Assembly (NCBI GenBank): GCA_965370045.1
Contig: CBDUSI010000001.1
Location: 18,691 to 82,690 of the forward strand
Length of the DNA: 64,000 nucleotides
Origin: an uncultured bacterium
GTDB lineage: Bacteria; Planctomycetota; SZUA-567; JAKLDR01
Direction of reading: 5' to 3'
The notes beneath the pieces were generated by a model. It was not told where the DNA came from. It saw only the letters and a program-made list of their open reading frames with translations, and made no database searches. A program made the translations under genes and the position numbers. This document shows positions 37,497 through 46,779 of the stretch, one piece after another; the first letter of the stretch is position 1, and each line of letters starts with the position of its first letter.

Positions 37497-39137
37497 TCAC
37501 TTCCAACTGGGGAAGAGCCATTCTCCGGGGCTGACCTTGAGGGGCTTGGCCTTGCCGTTGGCGATATCAATAATGAAAGGCCGGGGGTCCGGGCCGGGCC
37601 GCGGGATCATCATTATCAGCCTCTTGCCGCGGGGCGAGAGCGTCGGGTGGTTGGCGCCTTTGAGGCCGTCGCCGAGCTTTTTCACGTCCTTGCCGGCCAG
37701 GTTGCAGGTCTTCCAGAGGGCGTCGGCGTCCAGGAAGAGGATGCGCCGGCCGCCCCGCAGGGCCAGCGGCCGGGAACCCTTGCGGACCTCGGTGAGCTTG
37801 CCGGCGAGGTCCATGCGGCACACGAAGCTGCTGGCGGGCCTGAGGACGTCGACCATCTTGCGCACGGTCATCAGCAAGCTCTTGCCGTCCGCCGACCAGG
37901 ATATGTGCGCGCAGTCCAGCAGCCTGCCCAGCTTGCGAGCGGCGCCGGTCTTCACGTCAACCAGGCACACCTGGGCTTCGGCCGGCTTCTCGCTCATGTC
38001 CTTGTGGAACACGGCCAGTGTCTTCCCGTCGGGCGAGAGCGTCGGGAACATGCTGAACCCGGTGGCCAGCAGCTTGCCGCCCAGTTGCCGGTTGGCGCCG
38101 GTGGAGAGGTCGATCTCGTATATGCCGACGACGCCCTGCACGGTGTTGGTCCCGCTGACGGCCACTTTCTTGCGGCCCTTGAGGAAACATCCGGTGAGCG
38201 ACACCGCGCCCCGGAAGGGCACCCGCCGGTAGCGGCCGGTTTTGACGTTCAGCAGGCAGTTGTCCGGTTCGGTGCGGCCGGCGGCGTGGGCGATCAGCAG
38301 CAAGTCAGTGAGCTTGCCCCTGGTGGGGTCGCTGGTATGGTCAGGCCAGTCGCCCTCCGGAATCGCGAAGTGCTTGCCGTCGACCTTCCCGAGCCACTTG
38401 AAGTCCTCTATCCTGGTGCGCATCCGCCGGGTGCCGTGCTCGACCAGCAGTCCGCTGGCCAGGTCCACCCTGGTGGAGGTCCCTTTCTCGAGGAGCTCCT
38501 TCATCGCCGCAAGCTGTTCCTTGACGCCGGGCCGCTTGAGGAACTTGGGGTCCCGCTTGGCCAGGGTCTTCGCCTGGCGGATCATGTTGGCGAGCTGGCT
38601 GCGCGCCGGCTCGCGCACCGGCGTGCGGTAGGTGGCGACGCCCTTCTCGGTCTTCTCGTACTTGCCCAGCGCGCCGGGCGTCGGGTCAGTGACCACCAGA
38701 AGTTCGGCGCGGAACAGGTAGAGGTACATGGTGGTCTCTGTCAGGGGCGCCTCGAATGGCCGGTACTTGCCACGCCCCCCGCGCCCGGCCCGCTGGGTGA
38801 CGTACCAGGCGCCGTCGCGCTCCACGATGCGCAGTTTCTCGGCGCTCTTGCGCTCACCCGCGCCTCGCTCCGACACGATGAAGCGGCTCTTGTCCCTGGT
38901 GCTGAGCGTTTCGACAACGACCTGCCCGGGCCGCTCGCGCGTGAAGACCGCCTTCCAGGAGGCGGGCGTGGTTTGGAGCTTCGCCGCGGTGCGCTTCCCG
39001 GCGGCCACCACTTCGGCGGGATCGGGCGGCTTGGGCTTGGCCGCACCGCCCTCTCCCGCGGCCGCGACGGGCGGACCGGCCAGCGCCAGACAGGCGACCA
39101 GCCAGGCTTGGCGTACCCGCGGCAGTTTCGGTCGCAT
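37497..39137 (-). CDS. secreted protein with a C-terminal PD40/TolB-like beta-propeller
   Basis: Signal peptide MRPKLPRVRQAWLVACLALAG. Repeated SPDGK/SPRGK motifs. Start ATG 39137 preferred over the GTG at 39161. Confidence 0.65.
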   Translation of the reverse strand: MRPKLPRVRQAWLVACLALAGPPVAAAGEGGAAKPKPPDPAEVVAAGKRTAAKLQTTPASWKAVFTRERPGQVVVETLSTRDKSRFIVSERGAGERKSAEKLRIVERDGAWYVTQRAGRGGRGKYRPFEAPLTETTMYLYLFRAELLVVTDPTPGALGKYEKTEKGVATYRTPVREPARSQLANMIRQAKTLAKRDPKFLKRPGVKEQLAAMKELLEKGTSTRVDLASGLLVEHGTRRMRTRIEDFKWLGKVDGKHFAIPEGDWPDHTSDPTRGKLTDLLLIAHAAGRTEPDNCLLNVKTGRYRRVPFRGAVSLTGCFLKGRKKVAVSGTNTVQGVVGIYEIDLSTGANRQLGGKLLATGFSMFPTLSPDGKTLAVFHKDMSEKPAEAQVCLVDVKTGAARKLGRLLDCAHISWSADGKSLLMTVRKMVDVLRPASSFVCRMDLAGKLTEVRKGSRPLALRGGRRILFLDADALWKTCNLAGKDVKKLGDGLKGANHPTLSPRGKRLIMMIPRPGPDPRPFIIDIANGKAKPLKVSPGEWLFPSWK

Positions 39138-39168
39138 GGCGACGCGCGCCCTGGCGCCCACGGGCTCT

Positions 39169-40518
39169 CTATTTTCCCAGGAGCTTGCGGCGCACCGTCG
39201 CGGCCGCGCGGCGTCCGGCGGCGACGAAGCGTTTGGACGCGGACAGCTTCCTCCGCGCGTAGGGCAGGTTGAGGCGGCCGGTGGCCCCGACGCTCTTCTT
39301 CTTCTTGAGCGCGGCCACCGGGTCGCGATCGGCGAGCTTCCCGAGGCCCAGCCCCACCTGCTTGTAGGCGTCGCGGAAAGGCATACCGCGGGCCACCAGG
39401 TCCAGGGCCTCGTCGGTGGCGAAGACCTCCGGATGAAAGGCGGCTTTCAGTTGCTTTACGTCTACTTTCAGCCGGCGGACGCAGAGGGCGGCCACGCGCG
39501 CGCTGGCCGTCGCGGTCCGCAGCCCGCGCATGAAGAAGCCCTTGGTCTCCTGATTGTCGCGATTGTAACCCGAGGGCAGCCCCCGGGCGATCTCCAGCAC
39601 GGCGAAGAGCTGGGAGTAGACCGTCGCCGTCTTCGCGCGGATCAGTTCCAGCGCGCAGGGGTTCCGCTTCTGGGGCATGATCGAGCTGCCCGAGCAGAGC
39701 TCCCGGGGCAGCTTGAAGTAGCCGAACTCGGGCATGGACCAGAGGACCAGGTCCTGGGCCAGCTTGGAGAGGTCCAGCATCACCTGCGCGGCGGCCGACA
39801 GGCAGACCGCCTCGAACTTCCCGCGGGAGTTGTTGGCGTAGAGCACGTTGTTCTGCGCCTCGCGGAAGCCCAGCAGGCGCGCGGTCAGCGCGCGGTCCAG
39901 CGGCAGGGGCACGCCGTAGCTGGCCGCCGAGCCCAGCGGCGAGCGGTCGATGAGGTCATAGGCGCCGCGAATCAGTTCAACGTCATCCAGCAGGCTCTCC
40001 GCGAACGCCGCGGCCCACAGCCCCACCGAGCTGGGCATGGCCCGCTGCATGTGGGTGCGGCCCACCAGCGGCCAGTTCTTCCCGCGCGCGGCGAGCTTGA
40101 GGAGCTCGCCGGCCGCCTCGCACGCGGCCGCGGCCAGGTCCAGCAGCGCGCCCTTGCCCCAGATGCGCAGGTCGACGATCACCTGGTCGTTGCGGCTGCG
40201 TCCGGTGTGGATCTTCTTGCCCAGCGCGCCGAGCTTCCGCGTGAGGCGGCCCTCGACGGCGGTGTGCACGTCCTCCTCGGAGCGCTTGATCCTGAACTTG
40301 CCCTTGCGCCAGTCGGCGACGGCGCGGGCGAGCTCGCGGCGGAGCTTGCCGGCCTCGGCCTTCCTGAGCACCTTGGCCTTGACCAGCGTCAGTGCATGGG
40401 CAACCGAGCCCAGGCAGTCAGCCTCCACCAGGTCCATGTCCAGGACGTGGTCCTCGCCAACGGTGTAAGCCTCGATCTCCGCGTCGAGGTCGTAGTCCTT
40501 CTGCCACAGTTTGGGCAT
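39169..40518 (-). CDS. argH: argininosuccinate lyase
   Basis: Fumarate-lyase signature GSSIMPQKRNP. HTGRSRNDQV motif. Collinear with E. coli ArgH. Confidence 0.9.
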   Translation of the reverse strand: MPKLWQKDYDLDAEIEAYTVGEDHVLDMDLVEADCLGSVAHALTLVKAKVLRKAEAGKLRRELARAVADWRKGKFRIKRSEEDVHTAVEGRLTRKLGALGKKIHTGRSRNDQVIVDLRIWGKGALLDLAAAACEAAGELLKLAARGKNWPLVGRTHMQRAMPSSVGLWAAAFAESLLDDVELIRGAYDLIDRSPLGSAASYGVPLPLDRALTARLLGFREAQNNVLYANNSRGKFEAVCLSAAAQVMLDLSKLAQDLVLWSMPEFGYFKLPRELCSGSSIMPQKRNPCALELIRAKTATVYSQLFAVLEIARGLPSGYNRDNQETKGFFMRGLRTATASARVAALCVRRLKVDVKQLKAAFHPEVFATDEALDLVARGMPFRDAYKQVGLGLGKLADRDPVAALKKKKSVGATGRLNLPYARRKLSASKRFVAAGRRAAATVRRKLLGK

Positions 40519-40635
40519 GGTGCGTTTCCTCACTCCAGGGGCCTGGCCACTATGGTAATCGCCGGGGGAGCCGGAGTCAAAAGAAAGGGTCCGGGCGCCT
40601 CGCGGCGCCCGGACCCGGATTCGAGCGGCGGCGGC

Positions 40636-43101
40636 TCAGAACCGCTCGGGCGAACCGGCCTCCCGGCGGCGGAGCCTCTCTTCCACTTCCCGCTTGCGCC
40701 TGTCTTCCTCCTCCAACCTGCGCTTGATCTGGTCCATCTCCTGTTCCCGGCGGCGCTGTTCCTCCAGCCGCCACCTTTCTTCGCGCCTCTTGGCGGCGGC
40801 CTCCTCCGGTTTCTCCGCGGGGCCCTTCACCATGATGACGATCTCGTTGCTGGTCACCGAGCCGGTCCAGGCTGGTCCGCTCCGGCCGACGGCCCACATG
40901 CCGTCGCTCTTGTAGCTGGCGCGGATGCGGTACGCGCCGGGCTTCTTGACGATGCACGCGTATCCGCCCCATGGGCTTGGGAAACCGAGGTAGCACGTGT
41001 GGCTCGCGCCAGGCCGCAGGACGGGATACGACTTCGCGTTGGGTGCTCCTGGAGGATTACGCAGCTTCTTGAACTCCACTGCTTCGGCATCCGGTCCGGC
41101 CACATCGAGCTTGACGATGTCTCTCAGCGGAAAGCAGTGTGCGTCGAACTTGAAGGGTTTCTTGCTCACGTTAGTGAAGGTCAACTTGAGGGTGGCACCG
41201 CCGCTCACACCGGACCACGGTCCGGCCCCCCAGGGCTTGTTTGGAGGAGGGCTCAGCCTCAGCTCTTTCCCGCTGGTGACCTCAAGGTTGAGCTTCAGGC
41301 CCTTGACCGCCTTGGCCTTAATCTCGATCTCCACCGGGCCGGCGATGACCGTACCCTGCCAGTACTTCTTACCGGCCAGACTGCCGCGGCTGTAGCTGGC
41401 GGTCACCGTGTACTTGCCAGGCGGCAGGTTCGTGAGTGGCGCGACGCGGGGCTCGGCGATCTTGATGGAACGCGCGGACCGGAACTCCCAGCCGCCTCCC
41501 CCCACCGTGAACATTCTGGCCAGGTACCCGCCCTTACCCAGAGAGCGGTCTACCCCCCCCGCCCGAGACTTGTACGGAGTCGCGTCGTGCGCCAAAAACG
41601 GCGCGCCGCCCTTCCCGGGCCGGAAGACGAACCTCCACTGGGGGCAGCCCTCGCCTTGGAGCTTCAGGTCTTTTTCTCCCACGTTCCTGAGGTGCAGCTC
41701 GAAGCGCATGGGCTGACCGGCGATGACCGTAACGCTCCAAGGCTTGGCCTTGCCGCACACCATGCACACACGCTTGGCCGCCGCGCAGAAGCGGCACATC
41801 CGGGCGCGTATGTTCTTCCTGTTCCGACGGCATTCAGGGCATCCGTTCACACCCCTAACCAGACGGCGGAAGCACCTTTCCGAACACAGTGTGCTGCTCT
41901 TCCAGTCCTTGGCCGCCCCGCCGCCCAGCGGCACGAGCCCCGCCTGCAAACCGTTTACAGCCTTGCCCCAGGCGATCTTGGCTGGCCCGGTAGGGGGCTT
42001 CTTAGTCGGCCCCTTCTCGGCAGCCACCACCTCAAACCGCGTCTTGGCCACGTCGCCGACCTTGATTCCACCGCTGGCGCGGACGATCTCCGCGGTGGTC
42101 TGCTTCTCGTCCACGGCGGCAGCCTTCACCACGCCAACCTTCTTCCCGCCGCGGGAGACGTCGAACTCGAAACCCTTCCTGACGCCTTGCGCCTTTCCGG
42201 CCGAGAGCAGCACCTTGCCGCCGGGGACTACCTTGACCACCCGGCAGCGGATGCGCTTGTCTTCCTTGGCGCCGGCCGCGGGGGGCTTGGTCTCTCCGGC
42301 GTTGACCAGCCTGCCGGCCACCGGCACCGCCGCACCGGCGACCAGCGCCGTACCCAGGACCGCGGCGGCAACCTTCACCTTGAATATGAACATGACTTTC
42401 ACTGCTCCCTTCATCATGAGGAGACTTGCCGAGCTTGCGCCCGCGGCGGCTCCCGCCGCAGCGCCCGCCGCACCGAGGCCCGCGACCTTGCTCGCCAGCG
42501 CCGCGGGCATGGCCTCGACCCCGTGCCCGGTGAGCAGCGCGGCGAGTCCGGCAACGCCCAGTACGCTTCCGCGCTGGGCCAGCCGCTCGCGCAGCTTCTC
42601 CAGCCCCCGCGAGACGCGGCTCTTGACCGTGCCGGTGGGCACGCCCAGTTCGCGGGCGACCTCAGCCTCGGGCCGGCCCTCCACGCAGGAGAGCAGCACC
42701 GCGTCGCGGTAGTGCCGGGGAAGCTTCCCGATGGCTGCGTCGACCTCGGGCCGGACGGCAGTCCAGCCGGCCTCGGTCCGCTCGAGCTGCGCCTGGCGCA
42801 TCTCAGCCGCCTCCTTCTCCGCGCGCCGCCGGCGCTGCGTGGCTCTGAGGTGCTCCCGGGCCACGAGATTGGCTGCCCCGTGCAGCCAGCCGGCCAACGC
42901 TTCCCGTCTGGAGAGGCTGCGGGCCTTCCTGGCCAGGAGCATGAAGACCGCCTGTACGGCGTCGTCGGCCGCGCCGCCGAGCCGGCGCCGGCAGGCCGCG
43001 TAAACCATTGGCCCGTGGCGCCTTGCGATCTCGGCGAAGGCCGCCTCGTCGCCGGAAGCGACGTAGCGACTGACCAGTTCGGCGTCGGTGAGGTCCTTCA
43101 T
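40636..43101 (-). CDS. ECF sigma factor fused to a transmembrane segment and a large Cys-rich extracytoplasmic domain (821 aa)
   Basis: N-terminal sigma70 region 2 (LVSRYVASGDEAAFAEIARRHGPMVY) and region 4 (ELGVPTGTVKSRVSRGLEKLRERL). TM helix at about aa 240-265. Cys cluster CSERCFRRLVRGVNGCPECRR...CRFCAAAKRVCMVCGK. C-terminal charged coiled coil. Confidence 0.75.
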   Translation of the reverse strand: MKDLTDAELVSRYVASGDEAAFAEIARRHGPMVYAACRRRLGGAADDAVQAVFMLLARKARSLSRREALAGWLHGAANLVAREHLRATQRRRRAEKEAAEMRQAQLERTEAGWTAVRPEVDAAIGKLPRHYRDAVLLSCVEGRPEAEVARELGVPTGTVKSRVSRGLEKLRERLAQRGSVLGVAGLAALLTGHGVEAMPAALASKVAGLGAAGAAAGAAAGASSASLLMMKGAVKVMFIFKVKVAAAVLGTALVAGAAVPVAGRLVNAGETKPPAAGAKEDKRIRCRVVKVVPGGKVLLSAGKAQGVRKGFEFDVSRGGKKVGVVKAAAVDEKQTTAEIVRASGGIKVGDVAKTRFEVVAAEKGPTKKPPTGPAKIAWGKAVNGLQAGLVPLGGGAAKDWKSSTLCSERCFRRLVRGVNGCPECRRNRKNIRARMCRFCAAAKRVCMVCGKAKPWSVTVIAGQPMRFELHLRNVGEKDLKLQGEGCPQWRFVFRPGKGGAPFLAHDATPYKSRAGGVDRSLGKGGYLARMFTVGGGGWEFRSARSIKIAEPRVAPLTNLPPGKYTVTASYSRGSLAGKKYWQGTVIAGPVEIEIKAKAVKGLKLNLEVTSGKELRLSPPPNKPWGAGPWSGVSGGATLKLTFTNVSKKPFKFDAHCFPLRDIVKLDVAGPDAEAVEFKKLRNPPGAPNAKSYPVLRPGASHTCYLGFPSPWGGYACIVKKPGAYRIRASYKSDGMWAVGRSGPAWTGSVTSNEIVIMVKGPAEKPEEAAAKRREERWRLEEQRRREQEMDQIKRRLEEEDRRKREVEERLRRREAGSPERF

Positions 43102-43197
43102 GCCCTTCCTCTCCGCATTAGACTGGCCGGAGGGGACACGAGGGTTCCAGGAATTCGGTGTTTTCCGCGAGAGCGCGCGCCGCCTGAGCCGCGCGCC

Positions 43198-44217
43198 TCA
43201 GCACTCGCCCCGCCGGCCCGCCTCGAGGATCTCGTCGATGGTCACCTCGCGCCTCTCCCGGTGGCTCTTGAGCGCGGCCAGGATCACCGCCAGGTTCTCG
43301 GTGCCGACCTGGCCGCTGACCTCGATCTCGGCCTCGCCGCGGATCGCCTTGCCGAACTCTTCGATCTCCTCGACGTTGGCATTGGCCGGCGGAGCGGGAA
43401 ATATCTCCTTGCGGCCGCCGGGATAACGGACCATCACCCCTTGGATGTTGTTATCAGTCTCGATGACCGCCTCGGTGCCGTAGACCCGCACGTAGCTGGT
43501 GCCCGGCGAGATGTAGGTGGAGCCCAGGTAACCCACGTCGCCGCTGGCGAAGCGCAGCACCTGGGCGGTGGTATCCACGTTGTCGAGCTCAATGACCCGG
43601 CGGGCCATCACCGAACTCACCGACTCGATGCGCCCCAGCAGGTAGCGCAGCGTGTCGGCCTGATGAACTCCGAGTTGGGTGAGGGGCAGCGCCGGGCAGC
43701 GCTCCGCGTCGGCTCGCCACTTGCCCTCGGTAAGCCTCAACCCCCCGTTGTGGCTGGCGTGCGCCTCGGCCATGCAGACCTGGCCCGCCGCCCCGGCGTC
43801 CAGGAGTTCCTTGATCTTGCGGTGGGCCCCGTGGCGCCGCGAGTTGTGGCCCACCGAGAGAATCACGCCGGCGGTCTCGCAGGCCGCCATGACCCGCAGG
43901 GCGTCGTCGATCCGGCTGGTGATGGGTTTCTCGATGAAGACGTGCTTGCCGGCTTCGGCGGCGGCTATGGCGTTCTCGGCGTGGATGTCGTTGGGCGTGC
44001 AGATGACCACGCCGTCGATGCGCTCGTCGGCGAGCATCTTCTCCAGCGTCTCGCAGGGCTCGCAGTCGAAGTCGGCGGCGAAGCGCTCACGGGGCTCCAG
44101 CCGGCGGCTGAAGCCGCTGACTACCCGCACCACCTCGCTCTTGACTACCCCCACGGCCAGGGAGCGCGCCCACTTGGCGCAGCCCACGTAACCCAGTCCG
44201 ACGCGGTCATCGCTCAT
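43198..44217 (-). CDS. Gfo/Idh/MocA-family NAD(P)-dependent oxidoreductase
   Basis: N-terminal Rossmann segment LGYVGCAKWARS and EKPI motif FIEKPIT. RBS gagaggaag. Confidence 0.85.
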   Translation of the reverse strand: MSDDRVGLGYVGCAKWARSLAVGVVKSEVVRVVSGFSRRLEPRERFAADFDCEPCETLEKMLADERIDGVVICTPNDIHAENAIAAAEAGKHVFIEKPITSRIDDALRVMAACETAGVILSVGHNSRRHGAHRKIKELLDAGAAGQVCMAEAHASHNGGLRLTEGKWRADAERCPALPLTQLGVHQADTLRYLLGRIESVSSVMARRVIELDNVDTTAQVLRFASGDVGYLGSTYISPGTSYVRVYGTEAVIETDNNIQGVMVRYPGGRKEIFPAPPANANVEEIEEFGKAIRGEAEIEVSGQVGTENLAVILAALKSHRERREVTIDEILEAGRRGEC

Positions 44218-44234
44218 GGTTCTTCCTCTCTCTC

Positions 44235-46523
44235 TCAGGAAAGTTGCAGCCGCTTGCGAATCAGCCACTCGGCGCCCGCCGCGGCCATGAAGATCAGCAC
44301 CACCACCCAGCCCTTGGGCGCGGTGTCCGGGTAGAAGCGCAGCTCACGGCTGCTGGTTCCCTCGCGGGCCTCGGCGACCAGCGAGCCGACCAGCTCGTCA
44401 ATGATGGCCAGGTCGTAGTAGCGCCCGCCGGTCTCGTCGGCGATGCGCCGCAGCAGCCGTTCGTCCAGGTCCAGGCGCTCGAACTCGAGATTAGGCTTGC
44501 CCACCCGGAAGTCGAGCTTGACCTCGCCGAGCTTCCTGCCGCCCTCGCTCGCGCGCACCGTCATGCGGTAGCCCCCCGGCCCGGTCGGCGCGTAGACCGT
44601 CTCGAACTGCCCGGGGCTCTCGGTGATGGCGGCCAGCTGCAGCTTGCTCTGCCCCCCGCCGGGGGCGGCCACCTGGGCCTCGACCCGGGCGCCCGTGGCC
44701 AGCCGCCCGCCCTCCCCGTGGGCCTCGGCCCACAGGCGGACCTTCTCGCCGGGCTGGTAGAGGCGCTTGTCGATGTGCGCGGCCAGGCCCTGGCCGGCGC
44801 TCTGGCGCTTGACGTCCTCGCTGGCCAGCCAGCGGACCAGCTGCCCCCACAGTTTGGCGTAGGGCGTCCTGCGCCCGCGCCCGCGGAGCAGCTCCCACCT
44901 CCAGGTGGGGCCGGCGGCCAGCGCGGCGGTCCGGCCCTTGCCGTAACGCTGCACGGCCAGGACCGGGCGGGGCCGGCCGCCCCCGTCCTTGAGCGTCGGG
45001 TGGACGGCCAGCACCTCGGCCCCGGGTTTCTTGGGCCCCACCAGATTAATGAACTGCAGCTTGGGCAGCTTGCCCGCGTGCTGCTTGCTGAAGAAGTCCG
45101 AGCAGCCGGTCAGCACCGGATGCGCCCGGCCCGGCCCGGTGAGTTCCAGAGAGAAGCTCCCGACCTTGCGCCCTCCCCCGGCAATGTGCACCGGCAGCAG
45201 TTCGGCCAGTGGGGAGCCGGTCCAGCCGCCCTCTCCGTAGGCGGCCTGTCCCGGGAGGCACAGCAGACCCGCGCCCTCGGACACCGCCTTGCGCAGGGCC
45301 GCCAACTGCGCATCCGAAAAGCTGGCCCGTTCGATGTCCCCCAGCACGAAGACGTCGAAACGCCGGGCGGCCTCGAAGCTCTCCGGGAAGAACTTCCCCG
45401 CGCCGGTCCTCCTCTCGCCGGAGGGCGACTGCTCGATGAACAGCCCCTTGCGCGCGCGGTAGAAGCTGGTCACCTCGACCATGGGGTCCAGCGCCCAGTT
45501 GCGGCGCAGGAAGCCGTACTCCGGGCGCAGGCGGCCCTCCACGTAGAGCACCCGGATGCGCGGCTCGGTGACGTTGAGCAGGAACTCCTGCACGTTGTTC
45601 TCGGTGAGGCGCTCGGAGCGGTCGGGCTTGACCTTCACCCTGGCGTTCCAGTCGCCGGCCTTTCTGGGGGTAAAGCGCAGCACCACTTCCTGGTCGCCGC
45701 GGCACCCGTCGAGGGTCAGCTTCACGCGGGCCTTCTCGGGGGTGCCCTGGCCGTCGGCGACCTCCAGCAGCACGTCGACCACCCGTCCCCGAAAGCCGGT
45801 GGCCTCGATGTAGGCGCGGACCTCGCAGACGTTGTCGACCGCCGCGTAGCGCCCGGCATCGGCGCCAGCGACCGCGATGTCCTTGAACTCGCCGCTCTCC
45901 GACAGGCGGGTGCCCACCGCCACGGGGTAGACCGGCAGGCCCAGGTTCTTGAGGCGGGGGGCCGGGTCGGCGCCGGAGTTGTCGGCGCCATCGGTCAACA
46001 GCAGCGCCCCGGCCACCCGCTGGCCGCTGACGTCGGCGAAGGCGCCCTCCAGCGCGGCGGCCAGCGCGGTGGCCTCGCCGTCGGGGCTCTCGTCCCGCAG
46101 CTCGGACGGTTTCTTCAGCTTGTGCGCCGCGGAGTCGAAGGACCAGACGCGCACCTCGAAGTCGGCGTCCAGCCCGTCGAGCGCGCCGCCGCGTCCGAAG
46201 AGCGCGCCGCGGACCCGGTCGAAGCGGCTGGGCAGCCCCGGCGAGTCGGAGATGCTCATGCTCTTGGAGCGGTCGACCAGCAGCAGCAGCGCCGGTCGCT
46301 CGCGGGAACCCAGCTCGTAGCTGCAGCTCGGCCGGAAGAGCACCACCAGCACGAGGAGGAGAAGCGCCACCCGCAGGCTGATCATCGCCACCATGGAGGC
46401 GCGATCGGCAGAGCCCGCGGCCCGCCGGTAGAAATAGACCACCAGTCCGGCGCCCAGCGCCGCCAGCGCCGCCAGCAGCCACCAGGAGTGGCCGCTGTCC
46501 AGGGTCATCTGCGGATTGCTCAC
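44235..46523 (-). CDS. membrane protein with a von Willebrand factor A (VWA) domain (BatA-like)
   Basis: Two N-terminal TM helices, MIDAS motif LLLLVDRSKSMS, C-terminal TM. Either the GTG at 46523 or the ATG at 46508 could be the start. Confidence 0.7.
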   Translation of the reverse strand: MSNPQMTLDSGHSWWLLAALAALGAGLVVYFYRRAAGSADRASMVAMISLRVALLLLVLVVLFRPSCSYELGSRERPALLLLVDRSKSMSISDSPGLPSRFDRVRGALFGRGGALDGLDADFEVRVWSFDSAAHKLKKPSELRDESPDGEATALAAALEGAFADVSGQRVAGALLLTDGADNSGADPAPRLKNLGLPVYPVAVGTRLSESGEFKDIAVAGADAGRYAAVDNVCEVRAYIEATGFRGRVVDVLLEVADGQGTPEKARVKLTLDGCRGDQEVVLRFTPRKAGDWNARVKVKPDRSERLTENNVQEFLLNVTEPRIRVLYVEGRLRPEYGFLRRNWALDPMVEVTSFYRARKGLFIEQSPSGERRTGAGKFFPESFEAARRFDVFVLGDIERASFSDAQLAALRKAVSEGAGLLCLPGQAAYGEGGWTGSPLAELLPVHIAGGGRKVGSFSLELTGPGRAHPVLTGCSDFFSKQHAGKLPKLQFINLVGPKKPGAEVLAVHPTLKDGGGRPRPVLAVQRYGKGRTAALAAGPTWRWELLRGRGRRTPYAKLWGQLVRWLASEDVKRQSAGQGLAAHIDKRLYQPGEKVRLWAEAHGEGGRLATGARVEAQVAAPGGGQSKLQLAAITESPGQFETVYAPTGPGGYRMTVRASEGGRKLGEVKLDFRVGKPNLEFERLDLDERLLRRIADETGGRYYDLAIIDELVGSLVAEAREGTSSRELRFYPDTAPKGWVVVLIFMAAAGAEWLIRKRLQLS

Positions 46524-46779
46524 TGCGGTGAATTATCAATTCGCTGCCCCGACCGTCGAGCTACAAACTGGCGACCGGAGAGGCGTCTACGGTAACTCCT
46601 GTTATTACTGGACATTGCGCCACAACCATGTGTCTTGGCAGTTTGCGCCGCGCAGTCGGTCCGGATTGCGCTTGCGACATTCGCGAAACACGCGCCAAGC
46701 TGCGGCGGGCAACGACGAAACCCGGAACATTTTCTGGAGCGGGTCCGCGCGCGCCCGTCCACGGCTCATGCGTAACTGG

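Noticed and set aside
38728-44334. 1868-aa plus-strand ORF and other very long ORFs (4958..6967, 5452..6990, 14330..15802, 16782..19361, 17146..19383, 21387..23951, 22028..23689, 23952..25133, 53687..56362, 56984..58849, etc.)
   Set aside because: They lie antisense or out of frame to genes with clear homology (argH, ECF fusion, ribF/pfkB, dnaE, LplT-Aas, kinase). They have Arg/Gly/Pro/Ala-dominated low-complexity translations. High GC suppresses stop codons, which explains their length.
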